Assembly: GCA_028699255.1 (NCBI GenBank)
Contig: JAQVUX010000006.1
Location: forward strand, 25,928-89,927
Length of the DNA stretch: 64,000 nucleotides
Direction: 5' to 3'
Origin: Candidatus Omnitrophota bacterium
Lineage (GTDB): Bacteria > Omnitrophota > Gorgyraeia > 2-01-FULL-45-10
Position 1 is the stretch's first letter. Every line of letters starts with the position of its first letter. Below the pieces are notes generated by a model. It saw only the letters and a program-made list of their open reading frames with translations. It was not told the origin of the DNA and searched no databases. A program made the position numbers and the translations under genes. Below, in pieces: positions 42,998 to 53,460 of the stretch.

Positions 42998-44182
42998 ATG
43001 GCTAATATCAAATATACCCTGTTAATAATATCAACAGCGGCTTTCCTCACCGTATTTATTTCTACTGCTTCAGCTAAAAATACCGAGATACGCATAGGAT
43101 CACTAAAGGTTAGTCCGTGGACGGCTATCGAACAATCATACGATGACAACATATTCCTTGCCGCATACGGAGCCCATAATAATGATAATATAACTACCAC
43201 GACTATAGGCGCGAATGTGAAATTGCGCTCAAGTGATGCCGAAGACAGTAAGTTTAAATTCAAAGCCGCTTATAATGCCGATATCCTGGAATACTGGGAG
43301 CACATACATCAAAGAAGAGTAGATCACACTCTGATATCTTCGGCCAGACTGGATCTTGGGCATAATTTTTTTATGAAAGCTGAAGAGACGTTTTATAAAA
43401 CGGCCTATCCGCAAAGCACGGAATTGGTTGGGTTGGAAAAGAGCATATATAATAACGTAAAAGCTTATGTAGGATATGATAATAAAAAGACCGGTTTATA
43501 CGGTGGTTTTGAAGAAGTGCGCGCACAGTATTTTTCAACGTCGGTGCCAAACTATAACAGGTATATTTTTTCCGTTTCGGGTTATTGTAAACCTCGCGAT
43601 AAGACCACTCTTATATCTAGCTACAATTACGCCTATACACTTTACGATAAGGTAAACTTTCGTAATTCCACATACTATCAGTGGATTTTCGGCGTGCGCG
43701 AGGACATAACGCGTTGTCTTCAAGCGGAAATAGGCGCCGGTATAAGGTATGCGGATTTTTATAAAAATAGCAGGGCTTTCAATACTTGTATTGCATCAGG
43801 GCGATTAATGTACCGCCCTGACAGAAAGACATACATCGAGTTTTACGGCCTGCGCACCCTCATAGATTCTCTCTATGCCGGCAATAATTATTTCTCTTAT
43901 ACGACATTCGGGGGATGGTACAAGCGTCAACTCACACGTAAGCTTGCGATAAGGGCGGGTGGAAATTACATCGCGGACGTATATCCGGAAGTTACAACCG
44001 AAGCCTGGGATGTCGGAAAACGCATAGACAGGATTTATACGGCGGACGTGATGCTCGAATACAAACCGACAGCGCACTGGATCCTCGGGCTTGAGTATAA
44101 ATATTCCCGTAGAGGATCCCGGTTTGGAAAATACAGTTATACCGACAATATTATTATGGCTTCCGCAAAATTAGCCCTTTAA
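42998..44182 (+). CDS. Outer-membrane beta-barrel protein (EPS-locus associated)
   Basis: Signal peptide MANIKYTLLIISTAAFLTVFISTASA; alternating aromatic-rich beta strands. Confidence 0.45.
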   Translation: MANIKYTLLIISTAAFLTVFISTASAKNTEIRIGSLKVSPWTAIEQSYDDNIFLAAYGAHNNDNITTTTIGANVKLRSSDAEDSKFKFKAAYNADILEYWEHIHQRRVDHTLISSARLDLGHNFFMKAEETFYKTAYPQSTELVGLEKSIYNNVKAYVGYDNKKTGLYGGFEEVRAQYFSTSVPNYNRYIFSVSGYCKPRDKTTLISSYNYAYTLYDKVNFRNSTYYQWIFGVREDITRCLQAEIGAGIRYADFYKNSRAFNTCIASGRLMYRPDRKTYIEFYGLRTLIDSLYAGNNYFSYTTFGGWYKRQLTRKLAIRAGGNYIADVYPEVTTEAWDVGKRIDRIYTADVMLEYKPTAHWILGLEYKYSRRGSRFGKYSYTDNIIMASAKLAL

Positions 44183-44184
44183 AA

Positions 44185-45594
44185 TCATCTCGCCCCTATA
44201 CCCATAATTACGGTTTTTATCGTCTTCAGAAGTATCAGAAGGTCAAGCGTTATAGATCTGTTGCGGACGTAATAGATATCATAGAAAAGTTTTCGCCGGC
44301 TCTCCATTATAGTAGAGGCGTATCCCATATTCACTTGCGCCCATCCCGTGATTCCCGGTTTTGCATTTAGCCTTTCCGCGTAATGAGGCAATTTTTTTAA
44401 CAGGATATTGGTGTAATAGCGGGTTTCCGGCCGCGGCCCGACTGTGCTCATATCGTTGAAAATGACATTTATAAGCTGTGGCAATTCGTCTATCCTGAAA
44501 TGCCTTAAAATACGGCCGACAGGTGTTATCCGGGCGTTCCCGGGTTTGGTCCATCCTTCTATACGTGCTTTGCCGGTCATTGTTCGTAGTTTATACATGA
44601 TAAATATCCTGCCTTTGTAGCCGACCCTCTTATCATAGTAAAAAACAGGCCCTCTCGAAGTCAGTTTTATAATAACGGCAGAAATAAGAATTAACGGGAG
44701 TGTTATCGACAAAAGAATAAGCGATAGCGCTATATCTATGAGCCTGTTTACCATTGGATACCAGGTAGGTATGCGGTTGCGGGCGATAAAAAAATCAAAA
44801 GGAGCCCCAAAAAGCGTTGTCACCCTTTGCTGGGTATCGGCAGATGCGAAGAAGACGACATTCTTTTTTGTACGAAAAGCGGAAAGTATATTTTCGAGAT
44901 TGGTGTCGGAAAGATTGTCCGTAGCGATAAAAACTTTATCAACAGGATACCGGTTCGCTATAGTTTCTATGTCTTTAAGCGTTCCCACAACCGGAAACTG
45001 AGTTAGGTTGACACCCCTTTCTTTATCGTCGCACCGGACGAATCCGACAATATTGTTTATCTCGGCGACCTCATGCAGAAGTGTGAATAGCGCCTGTTCC
45101 GAGTCGTCATCCGCGCCTATTATAAGCAGATTTGCTTTTAAAAAATCCTTATCCATAAATAATCTCACGATATGCGCGGCGGCGTAACGCCAGAAACCCA
45201 AAAACACAATGCTTAAAAGTCCTGCGTATATAGCGGCGAGGCGTGAAAACCTGTATGTCTCCAGGAAATATGCCAGGGTCATTATGGCGAAGAAACCAAG
45301 TATTATTGCCTTTATGATATATGTAAAAGCAATAAAAGTGCCCTTATATTCCGGTTTTCTATAAGTTCCGAGGATGTATAGAAAAAGCGCCCTAGCCAGA
45401 ATCGTGAAGAGGGCGATTTGTGTGTAATAGGTAAAATCTTTTGTTTGACGAAATTCCGGGCCGAATCTTAAGAATAAGGCGAATATGTCCGAGCAATACA
45501 TAACAAGCAGGTCCCCGGCAAAAACTATTCCGCTAAAATATTCTTTTCCGACGGTATTTTTTATTTTCATAGTATCAGGATTTTCCCTTATCAA
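44185..45594 (-). CDS. Exopolysaccharide polyprenyl-phosphate glycosylphosphotransferase (bacterial sugar transferase, WbaP/EpsB-like)
   Basis: C-terminal sugar-transferase domain (RVGYKGRIFIMYKLRTM, GITGWAQV); N-terminal TM region. Confidence 0.8.
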   Translation of the reverse strand: MIRENPDTMKIKNTVGKEYFSGIVFAGDLLVMYCSDIFALFLRFGPEFRQTKDFTYYTQIALFTILARALFLYILGTYRKPEYKGTFIAFTYIIKAIILGFFAIMTLAYFLETYRFSRLAAIYAGLLSIVFLGFWRYAAAHIVRLFMDKDFLKANLLIIGADDDSEQALFTLLHEVAEINNIVGFVRCDDKERGVNLTQFPVVGTLKDIETIANRYPVDKVFIATDNLSDTNLENILSAFRTKKNVVFFASADTQQRVTTLFGAPFDFFIARNRIPTWYPMVNRLIDIALSLILLSITLPLILISAVIIKLTSRGPVFYYDKRVGYKGRIFIMYKLRTMTGKARIEGWTKPGNARITPVGRILRHFRIDELPQLINVIFNDMSTVGPRPETRYYTNILLKKLPHYAERLNAKPGITGWAQVNMGYASTIMESRRKLFYDIYYVRNRSITLDLLILLKTIKTVIMGIGAR

Positions 45595-46396
45595 GTTTGT
45601 TCCACTCGCCGAAAGCCGGGGGGTGGATGATGTAACGGTGTTTCGCGAAATAGTATAAAAGGCCCGCCAGATGAGAAAGGGAGAGGGCGTTGAATGGTTT
45701 CACATGATTTATTTGCTGAGTATGGTGCAAAATTTCAAGTCGTGGATAGTATATGACGCCCTTTCCTGCTTTCCACGACCTGAGGCAGTAATCGATATCC
45801 TCAGGCGCATAGAATATGCGTTCATCCAGCAACCCTATCAGATCCGTAAGGCTTTTTTTGAAGAACCAGCACGCCGATATCGCACTGTCTACCGTAACGG
45901 CGGTATCGGCCGGTAGCGACGTATAATATTCGCATATGCCTGCCTTGCCCGACCCCAGTATTGACTTAAGTTTACAGAGTTTATTCCATAGAGAAGGGAA
46001 GCGTTTTACCGATTGCTGTACGCTTCCGTCAGGCATAATAAGCCGCGGGGCTAATATGCCTATACGCTCATCGGATAATAATAACCGGCACGCTTCCGAA
46101 AGGCTTCCTTTTAATATCTCGGTGTCCGAATCGAGAAAACATATTATATCGCCTGTCGCATGTTTTAAGCCGAGGTTGCGGGTTCTGGTGGTGCCCATAT
46201 TTCTGTCGAGCGATATCTTCGTTATACTCGTGGCATAATGTGTCAGAATAAGGCCCGTCCCGTCTTTCGAGCCGTTGTCTATGACGATAACCTCGTAATC
46301 GATATTTTCGGCGGCGCATTTCCCGAAGATCGACTCGAGACACCGGGCGATATAATTTGCGCTGTTCCATGTAAGAATTATGAAAGATATTTTCAT
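45575..46396 (-). CDS. Glycosyltransferase family 2
   Basis: ISFIILTWNS and VIVIDNGSKDGT motifs. Confidence 0.75.
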   Translation of the reverse strand: MKISFIILTWNSANYIARCLESIFGKCAAENIDYEVIVIDNGSKDGTGLILTHYATSITKISLDRNMGTTRTRNLGLKHATGDIICFLDSDTEILKGSLSEACRLLLSDERIGILAPRLIMPDGSVQQSVKRFPSLWNKLCKLKSILGSGKAGICEYYTSLPADTAVTVDSAISACWFFKKSLTDLIGLLDERIFYAPEDIDYCLRSWKAGKGVIYYPRLEILHHTQQINHVKPFNALSLSHLAGLLYYFAKHRYIIHPPAFGEWNKLDKGKS

Positions 46397-47871
46397 AATG
46401 GCTTTTGTTTTAATTCCTGTTTTAGCAGGTATTTGGCGAACGTTTTTAATGATCTGAATGTCCGCCTTGCCTCCGCGCCGCTAAATAGGCACTGTTTTAA
46501 TTTATACCATATATACCCCGGCCGCAAATAATATTTTCTACGGGCATAATCGCAGAACGCGGTTATCTCCGCGGCGGTGAGGTCCGCACTGCCGACGAGC
46601 GCCTTATGATATCCTTCGGTGGTTAACCATTTATCATATCCGGTCTCTTTTAAAAAACCACCTGCCTTCGACCAGGCATATGCTTCAGTCCCGGGATAGG
46701 GGATGAGCGGGAAGAACTGGGCGGTGTCGAGCCCCAGTTTTATCGCGAACTTAAGCGTTTCGAGCATCGTCCGCCGCGTTTCCCCCGGATTGCCGACCAT
46801 GAAACAGCCGTGGACGAGAAGGCCGGCCTTTTTCGCATTTCGCGCAAATGCGAGCGACTGCTCGAGCTTGATCCCTTTTTTCATATTATCAAGGATCTTC
46901 TGCGAGCCGCTTTCGAAGCCGGGTATGACTATTCTGCAACCGGCCGCTTTTAGAAGTTTCATCGTTTCAAAATCCAGGTCTACGCGCACGTTAGCCCACC
47001 AGCTTATGCGTTGCGCCGTGCCCTTTTTTATCAAGAGTTCGCATATCCTGCGTGCCCGCCCAACGTCGCTGGTGAAAGTATCATCTTCAATACCTACAGC
47101 TTTTACTTCAGGCATATCCTTAATGATATATTCAAATTCTGCTGTTACATTATCGGCGCTTCTGAGTCGGTAGCAGTGGCCGTGGAATGTCTGAGGATAT
47201 ACACAGAAGAAACAGCGGTGAGGGCAACCTCGGCCCGCCATTGTCATTACCATAGGGTACAACCCCGCCGAGAAAAAATATTTTCTCACATCGAGATGTT
47301 TTTTATAAACGGCGCTTACGAACGGCAGGTCGTCGAGATTTTCTATGAAAGGGCGGTTTTGATTTTTAATTATTATCTCACCCTGTCTGTAAATAATCCC
47401 CGCAATTCCTGCCATCCCGGATTCGTGGCTTAAAGCGCCGGCGAGGTCACGTAGCGTATAGTCATATTCGCCATGCGCAATCGCATCAATTTTTTTATTC
47501 AAACGAAGCGTTTCTTCCGCCAGCGCGCTTGGATGCGTTCCTACCAGGACTATCACGCTTTTCGGAAGAGCGTCTTTAAGCAACGCGCCGACTTCTATGT
47601 CATTATAAATACTCGGTGTGCTCGTATCGATTACTATAAGCCGTGGTTGGAATTTTAATGCGAGCTCGACTGTTTTTGGCCGGTCATATTTGTACGCGCA
47701 GGCATCTATTAATTTTACTTCATGGCCGGCTTTTTCAAGTACGCCTGTCGCGTATGCGAGCCATATGGGATAGTAAAGCGTTCCGCTTTTTGCGATAGCC
47801 GGACTGCGCGACGATCTCGAAAATCTGCCAAGTTCTGTTTTGAAAGGAGGATTCAGCAGTAGTATTTTCAT
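46393..47871 (-). CDS. B12-binding domain radical SAM protein
   Basis: N-terminal B12-binding domain, then GRGCPHRCFFC CxxxCxxC motif. Confidence 0.75.
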   Translation of the reverse strand: MKILLLNPPFKTELGRFSRSSRSPAIAKSGTLYYPIWLAYATGVLEKAGHEVKLIDACAYKYDRPKTVELALKFQPRLIVIDTSTPSIYNDIEVGALLKDALPKSVIVLVGTHPSALAEETLRLNKKIDAIAHGEYDYTLRDLAGALSHESGMAGIAGIIYRQGEIIIKNQNRPFIENLDDLPFVSAVYKKHLDVRKYFFSAGLYPMVMTMAGRGCPHRCFFCVYPQTFHGHCYRLRSADNVTAEFEYIIKDMPEVKAVGIEDDTFTSDVGRARRICELLIKKGTAQRISWWANVRVDLDFETMKLLKAAGCRIVIPGFESGSQKILDNMKKGIKLEQSLAFARNAKKAGLLVHGCFMVGNPGETRRTMLETLKFAIKLGLDTAQFFPLIPYPGTEAYAWSKAGGFLKETGYDKWLTTEGYHKALVGSADLTAAEITAFCDYARRKYYLRPGYIWYKLKQCLFSGAEARRTFRSLKTFAKYLLKQELKQKPL

Positions 47872-49190
47872 GGGATCGCCTCCTTTTCCGGCCGATAAAC
47901 AGCGGTGACAAGTCCGACGAGCCCTGCCTGTAGCCAGAAGTATATCTTAAAGAAATCACTTATGAAAAATAGCATTATAGTCATAGCAAAAAGGCCGGTT
48001 GTAAATCCGAGAACAATGAATCCTCGCGGATCCGATCGCGCCAAAAGCCATTTTGCCGCGGAAGAGCCTCTATAAATCGTTACCCCGAAAAACCATATCG
48101 CAAAGATAAGCGCAAATATACCGTTTTCTGCGCCTAATTCGAACCAGCTATTATGAGCCTGCTTTGTAATATATTCGGTAATACGGCCTTGCCCTACGCC
48201 CCACCAGATGTGACGCGACATTAGATCGTAACTCTGATTCCATAAAGTGCCGCGACTTGCCATGAATGCGCTTCGATAAGTAAACCCCTTTATTATAAAT
48301 CCGAGGAAAGGGATAAAAGCCGCTGAAAAAAGGGTGATTAAAAGAATAGAGCGCAAACCAATCAGTCGTTTAATGATTTTTTGCGGTATGTGCAATGTCA
48401 AAAACAATATGCCGGCCAAAAAACTGAAAGCTATCCCGCGGGAAAACGTGAGAACGAGATGAGCAACCAGTAGTAGAGACGCGCATATATAATATACCGA
48501 TTTTTGCCCTTTAATTATGCGCGAAAGCGTTATCCCAATGATACAAAAAAGAAGAGGTAATATATAATTACCATAGGCGAGTGAATCCCATTCAAAAGCG
48601 CGCAATCGGGCTACGATATCTGTGGAGTAAAGATATAACATGCCGGCGTCTTCTCTGCCGGAAGCAATTTTCGTCAAACCACTCATGAATAAAGTGAATG
48701 ACGAGATCCCGATAATAGCGTATGCCACACCGGTGATTGTAATAACGCGATTTGTCAACGCGATATCTTTTTCTTCCTGGATGTATACGAGATAAGCGGC
48801 GACAATTGCCAGATGCCAGGCGATCAAAAGGTAATTGCGGATCGACTCTGTCGAGTTCCCCGTAAAAATCCCTGATATAAGAAATGAAGCCATGAGTCCG
48901 ATCAGCGGTATTATGCCTGGCCTGGCGATAGTCAGGACGCGATTTATTCTTTGCCGCAGGTCTTTGATCAATAACATTCTTCCGAAGAGGAGGATACTGA
49001 AGATCAGGTATGGTTTCAGGGCAAAGCCGATAGCGAGGCTGTAACGCTGGATACCGTTTAGTGGGATAAGCGCGTTGGCGAAACCATACCCTCTCGTGAA
49101 GAAAAGCGCAAGGACGGCTATCATAAGAAACGCCGTTATGACCAGCGCAAGAATATAGAACTGCGCGAAGAATTGCGAAAGATCAGCCAT
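47868..49190 (-). CDS. O-antigen ligase / Wzy-like polysaccharide polymerase
   Basis: 440 aa polytopic membrane protein with a large loop near the C-terminus. Confidence 0.6.
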   Translation of the reverse strand: MADLSQFFAQFYILALVITAFLMIAVLALFFTRGYGFANALIPLNGIQRYSLAIGFALKPYLIFSILLFGRMLLIKDLRQRINRVLTIARPGIIPLIGLMASFLISGIFTGNSTESIRNYLLIAWHLAIVAAYLVYIQEEKDIALTNRVITITGVAYAIIGISSFTLFMSGLTKIASGREDAGMLYLYSTDIVARLRAFEWDSLAYGNYILPLLFCIIGITLSRIIKGQKSVYYICASLLLVAHLVLTFSRGIAFSFLAGILFLTLHIPQKIIKRLIGLRSILLITLFSAAFIPFLGFIIKGFTYRSAFMASRGTLWNQSYDLMSRHIWWGVGQGRITEYITKQAHNSWFELGAENGIFALIFAIWFFGVTIYRGSSAAKWLLARSDPRGFIVLGFTTGLFAMTIMLFFISDFFKIYFWLQAGLVGLVTAVYRPEKEAIP

Positions 49191-50331
49191 TCAAAACCCT
49201 CTCTATCTCATGAATTATTTTTTCAGAAAATATTTCGGTGGTATGTAATTTCGCAAATCGCAGTCCGTTTTGCGCGTATGTTTGAAACAGCACAGGATCC
49301 TGTAATATTTTAACGATCGTATCGGATAAAGATATATGATCCTTATATCTGAATGTTTCGCCGCCATTGCTTTGTGCGATCAGCTCAGCCGCGCCGCTTA
49401 TGTCCGGGCCTATTACCGGGATCCCCACTGCGCCGCTCTCCAAAAGAGCGAGCGAAAAACCTTCCTGTCCAGCTACGACCGAAAGCGCGCTCACTTTTAA
49501 TATGGCCGGTATATCAGACCTTTCACCTAAAAATTTAATTTTTTCAACGGCACCCGAAGCTTCGGCGAGACGCGAGAGTTCGTTCATATATGCAATATAT
49601 TCTTTGCGAGTACGGCCCGCCAAGAATAGCCGCGCATCCGGATATTTTTTGACCACCATAGCAAAAGCGCGGATAATAGTGTCCTGATGTTTTTCCGGTT
49701 GGATTATACCGATGGATGTGATTATTTTATCGGCAAGTTTTATGTCAAACTCTTTCCTGATGCCGGCATCGTTTACGCCCGTGAACCGCGATATGTCAAT
49801 GCCGTTATAGATTACCACGGCTTTACTATGTAGCCGCGGTAATGTCTTAGAGATATCATAGGAAACGAATATCGTTTTTTTTACGGCGGGTAATGACCCA
49901 AACCATCCTAACAGTCGCGTAACGAATTTATCACGGAACGGGTTATGGATGTGCCAGATAACAGGTATGGATAATAATTGTCCGGCGATGGCTCCCCATA
50001 TAAAAGCCCGTGAACCGTTTATATAAATCAGATCCACGCGGCTTTTTCTCAAAATACCATAAAAAGCGCCAACCGTCCGGAAAGAGTCAAAGGCGAATTT
50101 AAAATAATCAAAAATATTCTTAGTGACTAGCGAATAATTATTTACCGGCAGGATGTGATATCTGAATCCGTGTGACCTCAACGCATCCGAAAGATCCCCG
50201 TCCCCCGGGATAACATACTCAACATTATAATTACCGGTTTTTTGGAGCGCCAGGCCTATTTGCAAAGAGACCCGCTGTCCTCCTCCCAAAAAAGGCAGGA
50301 CTTCCCATATAAGTATATTTTTTTGCGCCAT
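49183..50331 (-). CDS. Glycosyltransferase family 4
   Basis: GT-B fold; C-terminal E-x7-E-like motif. Confidence 0.75.
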   Translation of the reverse strand: MAQKNILIWEVLPFLGGGQRVSLQIGLALQKTGNYNVEYVIPGDGDLSDALRSHGFRYHILPVNNYSLVTKNIFDYFKFAFDSFRTVGAFYGILRKSRVDLIYINGSRAFIWGAIAGQLLSIPVIWHIHNPFRDKFVTRLLGWFGSLPAVKKTIFVSYDISKTLPRLHSKAVVIYNGIDISRFTGVNDAGIRKEFDIKLADKIITSIGIIQPEKHQDTIIRAFAMVVKKYPDARLFLAGRTRKEYIAYMNELSRLAEASGAVEKIKFLGERSDIPAILKVSALSVVAGQEGFSLALLESGAVGIPVIGPDISGAAELIAQSNGGETFRYKDHISLSDTIVKILQDPVLFQTYAQNGLRFAKLHTTEIFSEKIIHEIERVLNG

Positions 50332-50348
50332 TTTCCCCTCGGCTATAT

Positions 50349-51800
50349 TTATATGCCGAACGATTTTTTTATAATAGGAGCGATATCCGTCAGGGTCATT
50401 TGTTCTTTAAAAAGGTTTTCCGAAATGTTTTTCGTAAATAAGATGGGCGTCCGGCGTCTATGTGCGCCCGGTTTAAGCTGGAAAATGCCCGGCTCGTTTG
50501 TGAAAAGCCCCTCATGACATGCCCAGCCTACCCCATAACGTTCGTCGAGCTCGAAGAGTATCTCCGGGTACCTGTGCAGATATAGGCCATTATACAACTT
50601 CTCGCGCCTTAAGACCCATTTTACAACACTTGTGCCGGTTTTTTCATCCTTTAAAGTTTGGAGTGAATCGATAATGTCTTCTATGACCCTGTTTTTTTCG
50701 GTTTTGACAGTATCATTTATACGGATGCCGCCATAGCTATAATTTTTTACCGCGGAAAGATCCGACACATACGCTTTGGTATTATACCAGTCGATGTCGC
50801 CTGCTGAAGCGAATATCTGTTTCCATACCGGAAATTTTTTTGCCAATCGCATAACAATACCGCCCGCGCCAAAACGTTCGATAAAACTACCGAGAATTTT
50901 TTTAAAGTGACGGTTTTTTTCAGTATTTCGCACCGAACGTTCTTTTACCGCAAGATATCCCCGATGTCTAAGCCATTCATTGATATTGACCGTTTGCGAA
51001 GGGCGGGGTCCGTGGCCATGATCACTTAATACCATTATGGCATCATCTTTTTCACAACGTGAGACAAACTCTCCTATCATCCTGTCGGCTTCCGTGTAAA
51101 AATCCGGTATAACCGATTCAAATTCATTGGCGCCAGGATATAAAGGATGATTTTTGTCATAGTACGGCCAGAAGACATGCTGGATCTCATCCAATGCCGA
51201 ATAGTACGCGAAAAAACACCGCCAACCTTCTTTATCGAACATTGTTAGGGCGAGCCTGTGTTCTTCGGCAAGGCGAGCGCGCAAAGTATCGACAAGTTTT
51301 TTGAGTTTTGATTTTGCGAAAAACTCGGGGACAAGATTAAGCTTTTTAGGGTCAGGAGAATACTTTTTGATAAGATTACGCGGAAATGCCGATAGGGGGG
51401 TGGTTTCTGACCGCGGCTCGGTCGAACGCGTTATCATGCCTCCTTTTACCACCCATCCGGGGGAGACTATCATAGGAAGAACTACGCATACTCCTATGCC
51501 CGAAGCCGACAGTTCATCCCAGAATGTTTTGCCCATTATAAACCCATCCTCTACTTTGAATGGCCGGTAACCGCCGTTTTTATCAGCGGCATTAACGAAA
51601 TTAATGACTCCATGTTCCGCCGGGTTCATGCCGGTGTAGATGCTGGCCCAAGCCGGCGTCGTATCCGGAGGAAAGATCGACGAGAAGTCTGTCTTCGGGG
51701 TCGAAGCGCCAAGAGAAGCAATATTCGGCAGACGTCCGATCATGGAGTGAGCCACATCCCTATCCATCCCATCGAATCCCAGGATGATCATGCGATTCAT
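50349..51800 (-). CDS. Alkaline-phosphatase-superfamily protein (type I phosphodiesterase / nucleotide pyrophosphatase-like)
   Basis: LGFDGMD and VLSDHGHG metal-binding motifs. Confidence 0.55.
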   Translation of the reverse strand: MNRMIILGFDGMDRDVAHSMIGRLPNIASLGASTPKTDFSSIFPPDTTPAWASIYTGMNPAEHGVINFVNAADKNGGYRPFKVEDGFIMGKTFWDELSASGIGVCVVLPMIVSPGWVVKGGMITRSTEPRSETTPLSAFPRNLIKKYSPDPKKLNLVPEFFAKSKLKKLVDTLRARLAEEHRLALTMFDKEGWRCFFAYYSALDEIQHVFWPYYDKNHPLYPGANEFESVIPDFYTEADRMIGEFVSRCEKDDAIMVLSDHGHGPRPSQTVNINEWLRHRGYLAVKERSVRNTEKNRHFKKILGSFIERFGAGGIVMRLAKKFPVWKQIFASAGDIDWYNTKAYVSDLSAVKNYSYGGIRINDTVKTEKNRVIEDIIDSLQTLKDEKTGTSVVKWVLRREKLYNGLYLHRYPEILFELDERYGVGWACHEGLFTNEPGIFQLKPGAHRRRTPILFTKNISENLFKEQMTLTDIAPIIKKSFGI

Positions 51801-52459
51801 GATACGCCGCCTTTCTGTCTGATTACTACGAGCGATTCTTTTAGCACATCGGAAGCCGGCCCAATCCCGTTTATGGTAATTATATCCGTGTTATTAACCA
51901 TCGTTTTGTAATAATAAAGCCTATGCTTGAGATAATCGATATGCGGGATGTCTTTTTTGCGGGCCATCGATATCTCCGATGGGACCGATACAAATATGAC
52001 TATATCCGGGTTTGGAAAGAACCGAGCCCAATGCTTGAGCATTGCCAGAAATGCGTTTTCATCGAGTCCGCGATTCGAAGCTATATTTACAACGGTGTCA
52101 AAAAAGTATCGATCACATATTACGCCGTGCCCAACAAGGAGCCGGAGCGTTACCTTGAAGAACATTTCGAGCGTATATTCCAAAAGAACCGCCGTTTCAT
52201 ATAGAAACATGGCAAATTTATTGGTGCCGGCTTTTTTCAAACTTTTGTCGTATGAAGCATAATCCCCTCGAGGGGAGGATTCTTTCATGAGAATGCGTTT
52301 TGCCAGAAGGACGAACGGACGCAATAATAAAAGCTCGTAACCGCCCCATATTACGTTGTATGGCGCCTCCGGTGAGGAGATAATCTTGCCGATAGAATGC
52401 GCGAGCGTTGATTTCCCTGATCCGTCCGTGCCCATAATAACTATAAGTTTTCCTTTCAT
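51797..52459 (-). CDS. Thymidylate-kinase-like P-loop kinase
   Basis: IVIMGTDGSGKSTL Walker A, typical of the dTMP and deoxynucleoside kinase family; 220 aa. Confidence 0.5.
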   Translation of the reverse strand: MKGKLIVIMGTDGSGKSTLAHSIGKIISSPEAPYNVIWGGYELLLLRPFVLLAKRILMKESSPRGDYASYDKSLKKAGTNKFAMFLYETAVLLEYTLEMFFKVTLRLLVGHGVICDRYFFDTVVNIASNRGLDENAFLAMLKHWARFFPNPDIVIFVSVPSEISMARKKDIPHIDYLKHRLYYYKTMVNNTDIITINGIGPASDVLKESLVVIRQKGGVS

Positions 52460-53460
52460 TCCAAAACCTCATTGTATATTTTCAAAAGTTCGCTCGAAGC
52501 GATTTCCCAGGTATGAGACATTACTTTTTCCCGTGTTTTTACCGGCGCCTTCCCGATATTCAGGACGGACTCCCGGATCTTTTCATAGATTTCCGATGGA
52601 TTGTTAACATATGACAGGCCTTCGCCTTCGTTGAAATACTCCGGAAGCGCGCCGAAGCGCGATGTTATTACCGGGATATTCGTTGCCATTGCTTCAAAAA
52701 CCGAAAGCGGGGCCGCAATAGAGCTCGATGGATTTATTGTGGGGAAAACGCAGATATCGGAAGCCTGATAGAGCTCATTGATATTCGGCAAATAGCGCCG
52801 TATTATTATAGCGTCATTTTTAATAAGTAGTTTTAAGACAGGTGTATCCGCCCGGAAAATCGGACTGGCGACCACGAGTATTTTATAGGGCGCTTTAACT
52901 GGTTCCGGAGGGAAAAGCGCCTCAAGATTCCGTCCCGTAGTGATGTGTCCCACATGAAGCACGAGCGGTATGGCGCAGAGCAGACCGTATTTTTTTCGCA
53001 GTGCCGTTTTTTCTTCCTGTGAAACGCCGTGGAAACGCGAAATATTAACACCGATTTTAAGCCGTGCGGTTTTTGCGCCTGCATCGTGAAATGCGGCCTC
53101 AATATCAGCGGATAACGCTGTTACGCAGGCGGGCATCAATACTTTCATCATGTGTGATCTGCCGAAGAATGGTAACGAAGGCGGCTGGAGCGCGGCAAAG
53201 ATTATTTTACACTTTGGAAGACATACCCCGCATATCCGGGCAAATAAGAATGTCTTAAAATTTGCCCGGAGGAATATATGCATAATCTCGGGGTCAAAAG
53301 TTTTCAATGTTCTGCGAAAAAAGCCGGGTGTTGCCGCTTCATGTACATTGCAATGCAAAACCTCATGCTTTTTAGACAGCTCATAAGCAAATGCGCTTGC
53401 TACGTTGCGCTGGCCCTCATCTAAAAAAATGCCCCTGTTGCTTATTATGCAAATTTTCAT
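52456..53460 (-). CDS. Glycosyltransferase (GT4-like)
   Basis: C-terminal GT-B domain; ILVVASPIFR motif. Confidence 0.65.
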   Translation of the reverse strand: MKICIISNRGIFLDEGQRNVASAFAYELSKKHEVLHCNVHEAATPGFFRRTLKTFDPEIMHIFLRANFKTFLFARICGVCLPKCKIIFAALQPPSLPFFGRSHMMKVLMPACVTALSADIEAAFHDAGAKTARLKIGVNISRFHGVSQEEKTALRKKYGLLCAIPLVLHVGHITTGRNLEALFPPEPVKAPYKILVVASPIFRADTPVLKLLIKNDAIIIRRYLPNINELYQASDICVFPTINPSSSIAAPLSVFEAMATNIPVITSRFGALPEYFNEGEGLSYVNNPSEIYEKIRESVLNIGKAPVKTREKVMSHTWEIASSELLKIYNEVLE

